Shown here in pieces: positions 1 through 13,340 of a stretch of 64,000 nt of DNA (position 1 is the first letter of the stretch; the number at the start of each line of letters is the position of its first letter). The DNA lies in contig CM022677.1 of assembly GCA_012295275.1 (NCBI GenBank), positions 3,410,001 to 3,474,000 of the forward strand, given 5' to 3'. The translations under genes were made by a program, and so were the position numbers. The notes under the pieces are model-generated. The model did not search any database. It worked only from the letters and a program-made list of their open reading frames with translations, and was not told where the DNA came from. The stretch is from Chrysomallon squamiferum (lineage: Eukaryota; Animalia; Mollusca).

Positions 1-130
1 TATGACAAGTTTATTTGTAACTTTCCAGGTAAATATCCTAAATAATCACTACATTCAACAGCTATTAAATCTTTATTTATTTGTTTGTTTATTTATTTAT
101 TTATTTGTTTATTTGATATTATTATTATTA

Positions 131-161
<31 letters not shown>

Positions 162-664
162 ATTTTGTTGTTGCATTTTCCTTTGTTTTTGTTTTAAATA
201 TATTTTTCTTATTTATTTATATTCTGGTTCATCACCTGATATATAAATATAATATTTTCTTTATAGCAAAATATTTTTATTTATTTCTTTTAGTTTTATT
301 TTTGTTCTTATAGCTTTGTCACTAATTGTTTGCAATTCTTGTTTACTGCTCCCAGATTCTTTTTTCTTCAGCAAACATAAATCTATATCATTTTACTGCC
401 CTTGTTTTCTGCCATCCACCATCACCCATCACTTGCACTAGAAGCTTTCTTACAATAATTATTATTTTCTAAAACTTTATAACATATTAATATACAGGGT
501 AGACTGAAATAATAATAATGATAATGATTATGATAATGATCATGATCATGATACATGATACAAAACAAATCACTATATGGTAAAACTATCATTAGTCTCT
601 ATGTTTGGTAAATAATAGTGAATTATATTTTAAGATAAGTGAGTCATACATTTATTTACAACAG

Positions 665-966
665 TACAAGTAAAAGAGGTGACACTATTAAACATCAGTT
701 CACAGAAAGATAAAATACAACTCAGAGAAGGTTTTGTCTCACGTCACCTAGCAACCCAGTCTCGTCTGTTTACTGGTACAAGAATAATCAACAGATAAAC
801 ACAGGAATCACCAACATAAATATCACATCAGGTGACCTGACTGTAAGAAAGAGTTCTGTGTCACTGACACTGACTGAGTCAGATGATGGACACAGTGTTT
901 ACTGCAAGGCAGGGGTTCCTGGACAAACTCTTGTGACATCCAACACTGGAATACTTGATGTGTCGT
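665..966 (+). pseudogene. Gene A exon: C2-set Ig domain with frameshift
   Basis: acAG|TACAAG...GTGTCGT|GTaag. Reads QVKEVTLLNISSQKDKIQLREG, then shifts frame to FCLTSPSNPVSSVYWYKNNQ...SLTLTESDDGHSVYCKAG...LDVS (Cys, Trp, DDG-x-x-V-x-C motif). Confidence 0.85.
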
Positions 967-1217
967 GTAAGACTTTTAACATTAGACATTTTAAAAATGT
1001 TTAAATAACTAAATAATTTCTAAATTATCTTTTTACTTTTATTTGTATAAAAATATAAAATTTAACTTACATTGTTAATACATATTTAACACGGTGATCA
1101 ATTTATTATTATTAAAATCATCTTTAAGTAAATTTCTTTCTGCTTCTTTTCCTGATACAGTTTTCAGAAATATCAGTTACAATTCTAAATATTTCACTAT
1201 TTGATTAAATTTTACAG

Positions 1218-1522
1218 ATCACAGAATGGTGTCATTGTCAGTTTTACAAATGGACACATTTTAGTCGAAGGGCGACCTTTGACCTTGACCTGTAGAACAC
1301 TGACACCTGTTAAACCAGATGTGGATTTCACCTGGAAGTTTAAAGATGGAACACATATAAATGGAACAAGGGGAGATAAACACGGTTCATCAGGAAATAC
1401 TTGGTTTCAAATACTGACACTGACACCCAGAAGAGTACAGAATGGGAAGACAATCCAGTGTACTGTGCAGAACACACATACACAGACTGAGTCTACAGGA
1501 GAGAAGTTTCTGGATGTAAAAT
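1218..1522 (+). pseudogene. Gene A exon: C2-set Ig domain
   Basis: ORF 1201-1542: VEGRPLTLTC...FTWKF...LTLTPRRVQNGKTIQCTVQN...LDVK|GTaag. Body is open, but the acceptor (tacAG|ATCACAG) is one base out of phase with the upstream phase-1 donor. Confidence 0.85.
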
Positions 1523-1623
1523 GTAAGTTTATAAGAAATTAGACTTTGAGATAATACATATTTATTTTTATAATGATTTTTTTCTTGACTTTTTTTAAGA
1601 CTTATAAATATTTCTGATATCAG

Positions 1624-1892
1624 ATCCATCGAGTTCATTTCCAGTTGTTTCAGGAACAATATTTCCTGTGTTTGATGGTGAGACTGTCACACTGAACTGT
1701 TTTACAACTGGTGGAAACCCAAAACCAAATCTGAAGTGGACATGTTATAGTCCTGTAAACTGCTCTGACAGAGAACATGTACAATATCTTTCATGGCTAA
1801 CAGGACTCAGAATAACAAAGTGTGTGAGTGTGTTTCTAGTTGGAAGTATGGTGACTACAATGAGAGGAAAAGCAGAAACATGACTGTTCACT
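1624..1892 (+). pseudogene. Gene A exon: Ig domain with W-x-C and C-x-C extra cysteines, frameshifted
   Basis: cAG|AT CCA TCG...; PVFDGETVTLNCFTTGGNPKPNLKWTC, then another frame gives TISFMANRTQNNKVCECVSSWKYGDYNERKSRNMTVH|GTaag. Confidence 0.8.
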
Positions 1893-2652
1893 GTAAGTAC
1901 TTTTTATATTGTTTATAATTTATACACATATCAACATAGTTTAGTGGGTAGATTCAGAATTAACATGTACAAATATTACAATGCTTCTGTTATCACATCA
2001 AATATATTTTTGTTTCTGTAAATTTTATTCATGTTTACCAAATTAGTGAGGCTTTTAAATTATACATGACTAACATAATCAATTCACTAAATTTATTTTA
2101 TTTATATATAATTTATGTTAGATAAACATGATTAATTTCCACTATTCCCTCTTTCTTATCAATGCTAGTAATCAATGTTTAATTATAGTTAACAATGCAG
2201 ATCTAACAGTAACAGTGACTTGTCATTATTAGATTGGTAATTCCTTTGTAAAATCACCCAGTTGGCTTTACTGCACTACTTACGAATTTGCTGTAAGTTA
2301 GCAGGTCTGTTTGTTGTGAGTGGGAAATTAATTAAAAGCCTCAATATTTTAGAAAATACCACAGTTTGGATAAGGAGAACAGGTTAGACCCTTGTTTCTC
2401 TGGAATAAATGTAAATAATTACTTTTAATAGGAATGGATAAATGTGTTTGTCTTGTATTCAATTTACATCTCAAAAGAAAATAATGATAATATCTTCACA
2501 CAATTACATATAAAACAATATGTACATGTTTTACTGCTTATTTAAATGAAAAAAACAAACAAATAAAAAACGAAAAAATAGAAATAAATAAAATAAAATA
2601 AAATAATAATAAAACATGCTTACACCAATTAAAATGAGAATATTTTAAATAG

Positions 2653-2850
2653 ATCCTCCAAGCAGACCAACACTTTCATCAGATCCTGAACAGCCGTGGC
2701 TAGAAAACACAGGAGGCTCTTTGATTTGTTCTTTACCTGACAGTGGTAAAGGAAATCCAGCAGCTCAGTTTTACTGGATTAGAAATGGATCTGATGTACA
2801 ACACACAGGATCTAATTTGTCACTGACACCTACAAAGGAAGACATCATGG
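2653..2850 (+). pseudogene. Gene A exon: truncated Ig domain (not in ORF track)
   Basis: tAG|AT CCT CCA: PPSRPTLSSDPEQPWLENTGGSLICSLPDSGKGNPAAQFYWIRNGSDVQHTGSNLSLTPTKED. Second Cys and donor are missing. Confidence 0.8.
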
Positions 2851-3239
2851 CAGAACCAGTTCAGTCTACTCTGCATCAGGATTTTTAAAATCTGTTGTTC
2901 TAAAGTAAATTTAGTTCTGTATATTATTTCTACACTGCTAATATTAATATTCTAACATCCACTATGAAATGCAGGTGTTTTTTTTTTTTCCACACCACAT
3001 TTACCACTTTATTTTCTGTTACATGAATGATTAACTGTATACCAAAGCCTGCATTGATATTTTCCATGTTACAGATTACTTTTGTTATCAACAGTGTTTG
3101 TGAGTAAAATATTTTTCAGTCAGAATCATAATAAAATAACAACTGAATTCAAAAATTCAGTTAAAAACAAAAATATATTTTGATGTTTTAATTAACTGGT
3201 ACATAAGTGTTTAACATTATTATTATTATTGTATTGCAG

Positions 3240-3778
3240 CAACACCAACGGTTACTATGGAGACCAAGGCAAACAGTATCCTGGGAGTTGAGATTGGGAA
3301 ACCTATCAGACTAATCAAATCTGTGTTTTCCAAACCAAACTTCACAATATTTGCTTGGAGTAACTTGGAGTAATTTTTCTGAAGTTGACATTGGAATGTA
3401 CAAACTGACTGTCTGTAATGAAGTTGGATGTTCTGTTTTCTGTGAACCTAACTGGAGCAGGTCCACCTCTTCCTCCTAAAGAGTTCCAACAAGAAAGAGA
3501 ATCAACATCAGACACAGTGTTCTTGTCATGGCTACCTAACTACCCAGGTGGTAATTTCAAACAAAGATTTATACTGCAGAACAAAGTACAAAGTGACTCT
3601 AACTGGATTACTGCTTGGCAAAGTAAATGGTTTAATGACTCAAAACAAGGACAGCAAATGTTTTATAACATCACCAGACTGAAAGACAAAACAGTTTATG
3701 ATGTGAGAATTTCGGCTGAAAACATGAGAACTTCAGACAATAGAAGTGATTATGTCACCATTCAAACAATTACAAAAG
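3240..3778 (+). pseudogene. Gene A exon: internally deleted Ig domain fused to an open fibronectin type III domain
   Basis: TPTVTMET...GKPIRLIKSVFSKPNFTIFAW [break] DIGMYKLTVCNEVG [frameshift] GPPLPP...TVFLSWLPNYPGG...YNITRLKDKTVYDVRISAEN...TITK G|GT. FN3 W...L..Y pattern present. Confidence 0.85.
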
Positions 3779-4217
3779 GTTAACTAGCGTCTTCTATTAA
3801 TATCATCAATTTTTGTGCTGTTATTTCCTTTCACTTTATTGATTTATTTTATTTATTTTGTATTTTATTATTATTTTATTTTTATTTATTTATTAATTAA
3901 TTAATTAATTTAATTTTTTTTTTGTAAAACTTTTCAGAGCATTCAAATGAAGGAAAAAAAGTAAAATACTTGAAAATCAGTGCAATTGCTGTCAAAATGT
4001 TTGTGAAGTTCTTGGATTCTTGGATGTATATATGAAGTATATAACTATAAATGTTAATAATTAAAAGATAAGAAAAATAATGATTTAAAAAATAGGAAAT
4101 AAATAACTTTCATATTTTTGCTTTAGTTCAGAATAAGGAGTGGAAAGCTGACTACTTCATATTTGGCATTCTAATGCTAACTGAATTTGTATATTTTATG
4201 ATAGAATCTTTCGTTAG

Positions 4218-4261
<44 letters not shown>

Positions 4262-4431
4262 AGATATTTCTTACTTAATTTTATTCCCTTCTCAAGAGGT
4301 GAAGAAGCATTAAAAGTTTCAATTTTTTTTATCATAGTTTTATAATAAGCATCTTTTTATTATATCTGTTTCTATTTACTACACATTTAAAAGAACAAAT
4401 TGTTATTATGTTTGTTATTTATCTATTACAG

Positions 4432-4576
4432 CTTCAGAAGAACAGAGTGGTTCTAGTTCTCTGCTTGGTGCAGCTGTAGGAGGAGCTGTTGGTTCTGTGA
4501 CTGTCATTGTTGTCATAGTGATGCTGATTGTGTTACTTAGAAGTGGAATATTACCTGGATTGTCCACTAAAAAAAA
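4432..4576 (+). pseudogene. Gene A exon: transmembrane segment
   Basis: acAG|CT TCA GAA GAA: SEEQSGSSSLLGAAVGGAVGSVTVIVVIVMLIVLLRSGILPGLSTKK|GTaa. Phase 1 matches the FN3 exon donor. Confidence 0.8.
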
Positions 4577-5392
4577 GTAATTTTTCAGCTTGTAAGAAAT
4601 ATATTTATTGAAAACAGGAAATTTTTAAAAAGTGTATGTATTTATTATATTTGTTGTCAGTGAACTTGAATAATCAAGGAAGCAAAAATATAAACAAAGG
4701 GATCACTTTGAAGTTCATTGTGAATTTCTTTATTAATTTGACATCACTGACTTGTGACTTGTGACTAGCCCTTTGTTATCATATGGCTTATATTGTGCAT
4801 CATATTAGTACAGCTTATGTAGCTGCGTATGATTAATTCTTTCAAACAGTTCATGCCATTCAAATTTAAGTATGTTAAGAAAAATAATGTTTGAGAATAC
4901 TTCTATCTTACTAAAGTCCTGAAAGGAATGTGCCTTATAACTGAGCATATTTTAATTTTTCCTTTGTGTTGACAGCATTATATATTTTTTAATTTTCTAT
5001 TTCAGTGAGCTAATTTTTGTATAAAATAATTCATTTGTCATTTCACATAATTCAAAACCACCCACCCAAAACGCAAACATTTAACCAAATAAGTTTTATT
5101 TGATGTATAATAAAGACAAATAGTTATATAACAAAAAGTTATTTGGAATAATTAGTGATTGTTTGAATATTAATATAGAAATTTGTTAGTTTATTAATCT
5201 TGAATCACTGTTTAGAGAAATCCCTTTTTTTAATTTTAAGTTTTTTAATTTTTCATTTATTTATTTATTTTTTTTATGAAAAAATATTTATTATTGCTTA
5301 TATATTTTTTTCTACTAATTTTTACATTTCAGCCAAGGGTGATGAAAATGCTTTGAGAGTATTTTCCTTATTATTATTATTATTATTATTAT

Positions 5393-5424
<32 letters not shown>

Positions 5425-8400
5425 AAAGGAGATGAGTAAAAAAGAAAAGGGAAAAAAATAATCCTAATCTGTTGTTAATTCCCTTGTTATTTTGTTCTAT
5501 TGCATTCTGTAGATGACTATAATAGGCAATTTTAATGTTTGTATTTCAATAGTGATTATTTATATGCCACTGTAAATTCTTTTTATCCTTGTGAGAAACA
5601 TAGTTAAAGTTTGTTATTTATTAACAGCTCTCATTGGAACAATCTTCATTCAGGTATACCAGATATGCTTTTAGTTTTGATTATCATATTTATTAAATAT
5701 GCTTGGGTCACGTACAAGGAAACATTTACATGCAGATAATGTGACACAAACAGATAGCCTGGATTCCGCCTAATTATTCATTTAAAACTCCAACAAATTC
5801 CGGAATTAAACAAAATATAGAACTTGAAAAACGAGAAATCATATTCACAAATGAAAACTTACATACTTTTAATTTGAAACATTAATATTATGATAATTTA
5901 AAATGAAATTCTATATGCTGTACAATATGTTGAGTTGTTACATGAACAAAGAAAATATATAAATTAAATAGACAAACTGTAAAAACTTTGTAGTTTTTAC
6001 AGAACAAAAATATTTTCTTCTAAACTAACAAATAAGATGTAATAAAAATAACATTCTATTAATTTTCCAATACATTTCGAAACCTTAGAAGTTAGTATAA
6101 AGAAATGGTCAAGCCTGCTTTCGTGCCCATCTCTTTAAGAGAATATTCAATAATTTTCATCACAATGCATTTTATTATGGTTTATTATGGTAGTTTTATT
6201 GAAAGGCATGGTTTTAAAATTTTTGGTTTCTGTTTGTGAATTATTAATGGTGATTATAAAACATTTTTTATTTATTGTTTTATATTTTAATTTGGTTTGT
6301 TTATCTGTTTATTTCATTTGGATACTAATCCAGTATCATGCATTCTTAATATTGTATGTGCTGTGTAAGACAGATTCAGATAAAACATGTGTATGTATGT
6401 ATGGAGAGACATAAAGAGAGAAACACGCACAAATACATAATCACATATGTTTGTGTCTGGACAGGTACTTGTACTAATACAAAATCCATAATTATTGTTA
6501 AAGTAATCCAGGATTATTTTCTAATGGATTTCACAAAATTGGAATACATGCAGTGAATGAAGACTGATGTGTGTATGAAAGAATAATGGAAATGGAATCT
6601 ATTTAAATAAATTTATGCAGTTGCATCTTTTACTTCTTGGGATATGCATATGCATGATTAGTATTGAATGTGATATATTGTGAAGGCATTAAATTCATAT
6701 ATATATATATATATCTGTGCGTGTGTATGTTAAAGGTTATATTTAAAAAACATTTGAAGTTTAAAAAATCTTGCATGTGTTTGTGAAAAAAACACTCATA
6801 AAGCCATATTATTTTCATACATTTACTGAAAACTGTTAGCTATTTAGAATATATTGCAAAATATAATGATGATACAAATAGTAATAATAATAACAAAATA
6901 CAAAACTTAAATAGTTTTATTATCTTCATAGTTTTATAAATCTACAGATAATTAATTTGAGTCCATTGTATAATAACTGATAATTTTCAAAATTCTTTTT
7001 TTTATTTATATTTTTTGTGATATATTGTCCAATTTGGAAAAAGCTAAAAGAAATTACAATTTAAACAACATATCCTTACTTACATAAAAACTTTAGCATT
7101 TGTCTGTTAAATATTATACATACATTTGTTTTTTAAATTTAGGTTTAGCCATTTTAATTAATATTAATTTTATTTTTAGCAAAAAAGTGCCTTCGCATAT
7201 CAAAACAAATATCATTGTAAATTAAACCCAGTTTGCTAAATACATCATTTGCGCAAAGAGTGACAAACTTGTTTTTGCTACTACAAAGAACATGGAATAG
7301 CTATGCAATTCTGATGTCAGCATCTTCTATACATCACCATGGTTATTAGTATTTCTACAGATACTCTTCATACCAGTATTGCAACAAAGATGTTTCATGG
7401 AGTCCAGATTCAGGTATGCTTAAACCACTGGGACCAAGTTCAGTGGAGGAAGATTCAGCATGTTGTTTTGATTTTCCAGTACAAAGAAGACGTGGCTCAC
7501 CATAGATGTGCAACTAGCGTCAAGGCTGTCACTCATACAGCAGGGACCAGGTTGGGGATATCTGCCTCAGTGCCTTTGCAGAGAGTTCCCAGGCAGTACC
7601 CATGTAATTTACTGCTAGGTTTGAAACGAACTCTCCCATTAATCATATAGCCTAATAACTGATTACACAATTTCCACTTGATCTCATTTTTTAATCTCTT
7701 GAGAAATTTATTTTAAATCAAATGGGAAGTCATCTTCACTGGAACCATTCAAGACATTTGAAGATTATTAATTTATAACTACTATTTTTACACTCTTTAT
7801 TTGTAGCCATCCCATTTGCTTTGTGTTTTGCATTTTCTAGGTTTTTATTATTAATTTATTTTTAACCTTACACAAAAATATGCATATTTGTATCAAAGTG
7901 AAAGGTATCCAGTGCTTTCTTAATAATCTCATCTCCAGTAAAATATTATTAATGTTTGATTGAATTATAAATAGCTTGACATGAATAAAAATCCTTCTGC
8001 TTGTGTGTGTGTCTGTGTGTAAAGTGCCATTATGCTACAAAGTGTCATTTGCTTGACAAACTGATGCCTGCAGACAACAGTAGTTATACATGGATTTTAT
8101 GCATCGAGGAAACGTCATTTTAAACACCACTATTAAAACTAATAAGTTGGTTTCTTGTTTCTTTTCTTTTCTTTTTTTTTTCTCATTTATTTATAACTAA
8201 ATAAACACTTATTTCTCTTATTCCTCCTTTGATAACTAATTATATTTTTTATTACATCAAACATATCGGCAATAACTTGGAAATCATACGTGCTCTATTT
8301 TATGTTTATGACATTAGTTAGATTAAAGGTGTGTGACTCAAGAGTTTAGTGGGAGAGAACTGGCCTTCCAAACTTGGTCAAAGCAAGAAGATACTAGTAT

Positions 8401-8500
8401 TTATGTTGATATCTAAGTTTACTTGTTTCAGTGACATTAGAGTAAAACAGAGAGAAAGTTTGTATTTTGTCTCCAATTAGTGAATGTTTTTATTTCAATC

Positions 8501-8656
8501 AGTTTATTTAATTTATAAAAGTGTTGAGTTTATTTAATTTATAAAAGTGTTGAGTTTATTTAATTTATAAAAGTGTTGAGTTTATTTAATTTATAAAAGT
8601 GTTGAGTTTATTTAATTTATAAAAGTGTTGAGTTTATTTAATTTATAAAAGTGTTG
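8501..8656. repeat. Minisatellite, 6 x 26 bp (AGTTTATTTAATTTATAAAAGTGTTG)
   Basis: Identical head-to-tail units at 8501, 8527, 8553, 8579, 8605, 8631. Confidence 0.95.
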
Positions 8657-8927
8657 ACTTAAACTGTCCCAAGTGTACCAAGCAAGCAGTAAATCTTCAG
8701 TTGTGCAGAAAAATTAGAGAAATTTGATAAATCAAATTATTATGAACGAAAAATAATACTTACTTTTCTTTCGTTCTTCTGAAAGCTAAGATTTCCACTA
8801 TTTCCTTGAACTTTAATTACAGTATTTGATAGTCACAGTATTTCACTCTAATTAGTACAGACTATACTATGAATCTTCTGACACACTATATTTGAATCAG
8901 ACTTGTAAAGCAATACAAAAAAACACA

Positions 8928-8961
<34 letters not shown>

Positions 8962-9128
8962 ATAATAAATATATATATAATAAAATAGAAAATAGAAGTA
9001 TATCTCTGGGTTTTCTGTATGTTGTAGCCTGGGCTACTCTTTTAAAATAGTTATAATGCAAGACGAAATTTTGTTTAAATACGTTAATGTAGCCAGTTTC
9101 CTTTACTTAATCCATTGATGGCAGATGT

Positions 9129-10230
<1,102 letters not shown>

Positions 10231-10299
10231 ATACATTGTCACGGTGTAAACATCGTTACTTTAATGTCAGCTGATGAAATGTGTATGTATGTATGTGTG

Positions 10300-11243
10300 T
10301 GTGTGTGTTAGTGGCATTGATGAAAGCCCTATGTCGTTGTCTTATGCTTCTAATGAGAGCATTAACCTCAGGAACAGTAATTGTGTTCAGAGCAGTTTGT
10401 AGGTCATGGACATTAGGGACTTGAGAATGGTTTATGCATACCCTATAGCCCAGTAGGTCCTTTGCATGCTCTGTTGGGAACAAGTCAGCAGATTTTGGTG
10501 GCCTGTTCAACACTTGGATGTGGATCCTCTCAAGATTAATGGTTAGCCTATCAGTATGTGGTCTAGAGTTGTCATGTTCAAACAGAAAGCCAGGATGCTG
10601 CTGCAGGAATGGAATGGCTACTGGTGTACTGATCTCGCCACAGTAACATTGAGCAGTCATGTTCTCGTGAATGAAAACAAGATCTGTTTTACCTCTACTA
10701 TGAATGCTGGCCCACACAATAACTTTACTGCCGCCATATCGGTCGTGCTGAATGACGTCTGCATCTCCCATTAACCTCCATACATGATGCAGACCATCTG
10801 CAAACTGAACACACAACCTGGATTCCTCTGTCAATAATGTCTGATCCAGTGTTGGTTTATTCTCAAACATTCCTGAATGTGACGTCAGGGGAACAGCTAC
10901 AACAGGGTGACGTGCTTGTAATCCAGCAGCATGGAGATGGCTACAGACAGTTTCAGCATGAATTCTAGTGCCTGAGGTTTGCTGCAAAGTATGAGCTAAA
11001 CATGGAACTTTTTTGAAGCTATGACATAGATATGACATGACTGAATACCTGTCTTTCCTTGGAGTAGTTAATCGCAGTCTATTAGAACGAGGTTGATTTA
11101 GCATTTGCCCAGTTTAGTGTATGTGTTGTCGGAGTTGCGATGTGGTACTGTCATGTACACGAAAGTACTGAGAGACATCGTGTCCACGTTGACCAGCATT
11201 AAGCCGTCCCATTGCTTCATGACTTTCAGTTAAGCTTGGACAT
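10300..11243 (-). mobile_element. Decayed Tc1/mariner (Tc1, DD34E-type) transposase
   Basis: ATG at 11243, then a frameshifted HTH region (AMGRLNAGQRGHDVSQYFRVHDSTTSQL...stop) upstream of ORF 10256-11104. That ORF has RLTTPRKDR, AGLQARHP, LTEESR (FSDESR-like, first D lost), GGSKVIVWASI, FEHDNSRPH and SADLFPTEH (SPDLNPIEH-like). Confidence 0.93.
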
Positions 11244-11474
11244 TATAACAGGATAAAGTTTTCCTTTCGTTTTTGGATAATGTTGGTTGAGTGCATCTAA
11301 ACGTGATTTCAGTGCTTCTGTACTGCACACACGTCTGTGACAGCATGTGGAGTAGGCATAGCGGTGTGTGATATGACAAATGTTGTTCTTTTCATTAACG
11401 AAAGCGACAGGGCATTCCCAACTAACATATTACTAACTTTTATAACTATTTTAATTTATTTGGTTAAGTAACAG

Positions 11475-11509
<35 letters not shown>

Positions 11510-13067
11510 TTTGATTAAAAAAAGTTTAACAAGTTTTTGTAAATGACTGTTGCTTCCAAATAAATTAAAATATATATATACATGTATTAAGCTGATGCCA
11601 TTATGATTATTTCATCTGTACTGTGTTTGTTACTTTTATTTCTTTTGCTGGCAGACAAATACTAATGCAGAATGTGTATTACCAGATAATCCCACAGTTC
11701 AGTTTTGTTTTAACTGAAATTTACAAAATTAACAGCCCCTGAAAAATATAATTATTAAAAATATCAAATAATTGTGAAGGTGAAACTGATCTGATTCAAA
11801 ACAAATTATTGTTTTTTTTTTTTTTTTGGGGGGTTATTCTGATTCATGATAAACTTCTGAAATGAAAATGCAATATATTTATGTCTTAAATAACTGATTT
11901 GTACAGATCTTGTGTGAAAATATCCGTTATTATTTTCAGCAGATAAGATAGAAGTATTCATTATATAAGTTCATGAAACGAGGATGAAATTATATGTCGT
12001 CTTATAGATAAATAAATAATCAAATATCTTTTACAAAAGTGACAAACACTTCAGTAAACTCTGATATTTATTTTTTAACATTACTTCATGTTGTATCTAT
12101 GTTATTCTCAATCATTTTAACAGGTGATTCAAATTTGATATTTGTGGCCAAAGTGAGCTGAACCACCAGTCTTCAGACCGACATATCTCAGTAAACAGCA
12201 GTCTGTTACAGTTGATGGAAAGGTAATTCCTTACCAAATCCAAATTCGTGATTACTTTTAGCATTGTAGGTCAAATGTTCATAACCTTACTCTTCATAAG
12301 TAAGCTCTAGCTTCCTTTTTTAAAGTTTCTGTCGGAACAGCAATTGTTTTTTTCTTTTAACTTTTTTTTTTTTTTACTAAAAAATAGACACGGATTTCAG
12401 CTTTATTAGCTTTTCATTTGCAAACAAGATATAAACATGAATAGGACTTTTCTGTTAAAATTTGAAATGTACTTTCATTGCTTGTGTTTCTTCATCAGTT
12501 TCTTCTCAAGATTCTTTTCAGTAAGTTTAATTAGGTATTCACAGCATACCTGGTCACATAATAGATTAGTTGTACAAACAACTTTTTGGTAAATATCCAA
12601 ATCTGACCAGTATTTTAAAACATCCACAATATTCTTCAACAGCCCTTCAAGGACAGTGTATTATAAATATCTATCTTCTGTTTTCTATAACATTAAAGGT
12701 TTTGAACCACTATGTAGATTTTGAATTTTCTTTGTTAATGGTACATGGATATCAACATATAATGGTGAAAGATTTTCACACAGTCAGTGAAATCTTCGAG
12801 CAATAAACCCTGTCTGAATATTTTGTGAAACTCAAAATCTGAAAATAAATATTTTACCCTGTGCCACTTCACCACCTGTTGTTTTGTTGTACAGCCCTAT
12901 TACTAATATTAAGGTTAACAATGCTTTCCATATTACTAATAAAAATAATAAATCAAATTAAAATCCTTGTTTTCTTCCATTTGGAAGTATATGTTTTATA
13001 ATGGTAAAAATTATTAATGATTAATTCACAGGATTTCTGTATTTATTGTTTTATTTTCATTTTCAAG

Positions 13068-13340
13068 TTCCTTCGCAAAAATGTTTCTATAACAACTGGA
13101 TCAACTGCAGTAAAGCCAGCAATTCTTACACAGATGACCTGTTCAACCGAACCTTGCCATCCAGAAGCTGTAATCACATGGAGTTTAAATGGTTCAAAGA
13201 TAACAGACGGTATTATCAGCTCCACTGAGACAAGTGCTGACTCTGGTATTGTAACAAGGAGCAGTTTCAATGAAAAATTTAATACATATGATAATGGGAA
13301 AAGTTTGGTTTCTTCAGTTACTAATGGCGATGGTTACTAG
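13068..13340 (+). pseudogene. Orphan C2-set Ig exon, disabled
   Basis: caAG|TT CCT TCG CAA, frameshift in an A run, then NVSITTG...QMTCSTEPCHPEAVITWSLNG...YDNGKSLVSSVTN. Second Cys reads Ser (TCT), followed by a stop. Confidence 0.8.

Larger units (their letters stand above)
665..4576 (+). pseudogene. Gene A: nephrin-like IgSF type-I receptor relic (at least 5 Ig + FN3 + TM); 5' part probably upstream of the window
   Basis: Six AG-flanked exons, five with GT donors (mostly phase 1), encoding Ig, Ig, Ig, Ig, Ig+FN3, TM in order. Every Ig exon has a frameshift, phase mismatch or truncation. Confidence 0.85.

Noticed and set aside
2-313. 103-aa hydrophobic ORF
   Set aside because: Translation of T-rich (TTA/TTTA)n low-complexity intron sequence.
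5333-5653. Two 26-nt AG/GT blocks (5333-5358, 5628-5653) as gene A cytoplasmic micro-exons
   Set aside because: Plausible, but too short and phase-inconsistent to support without transcripts.
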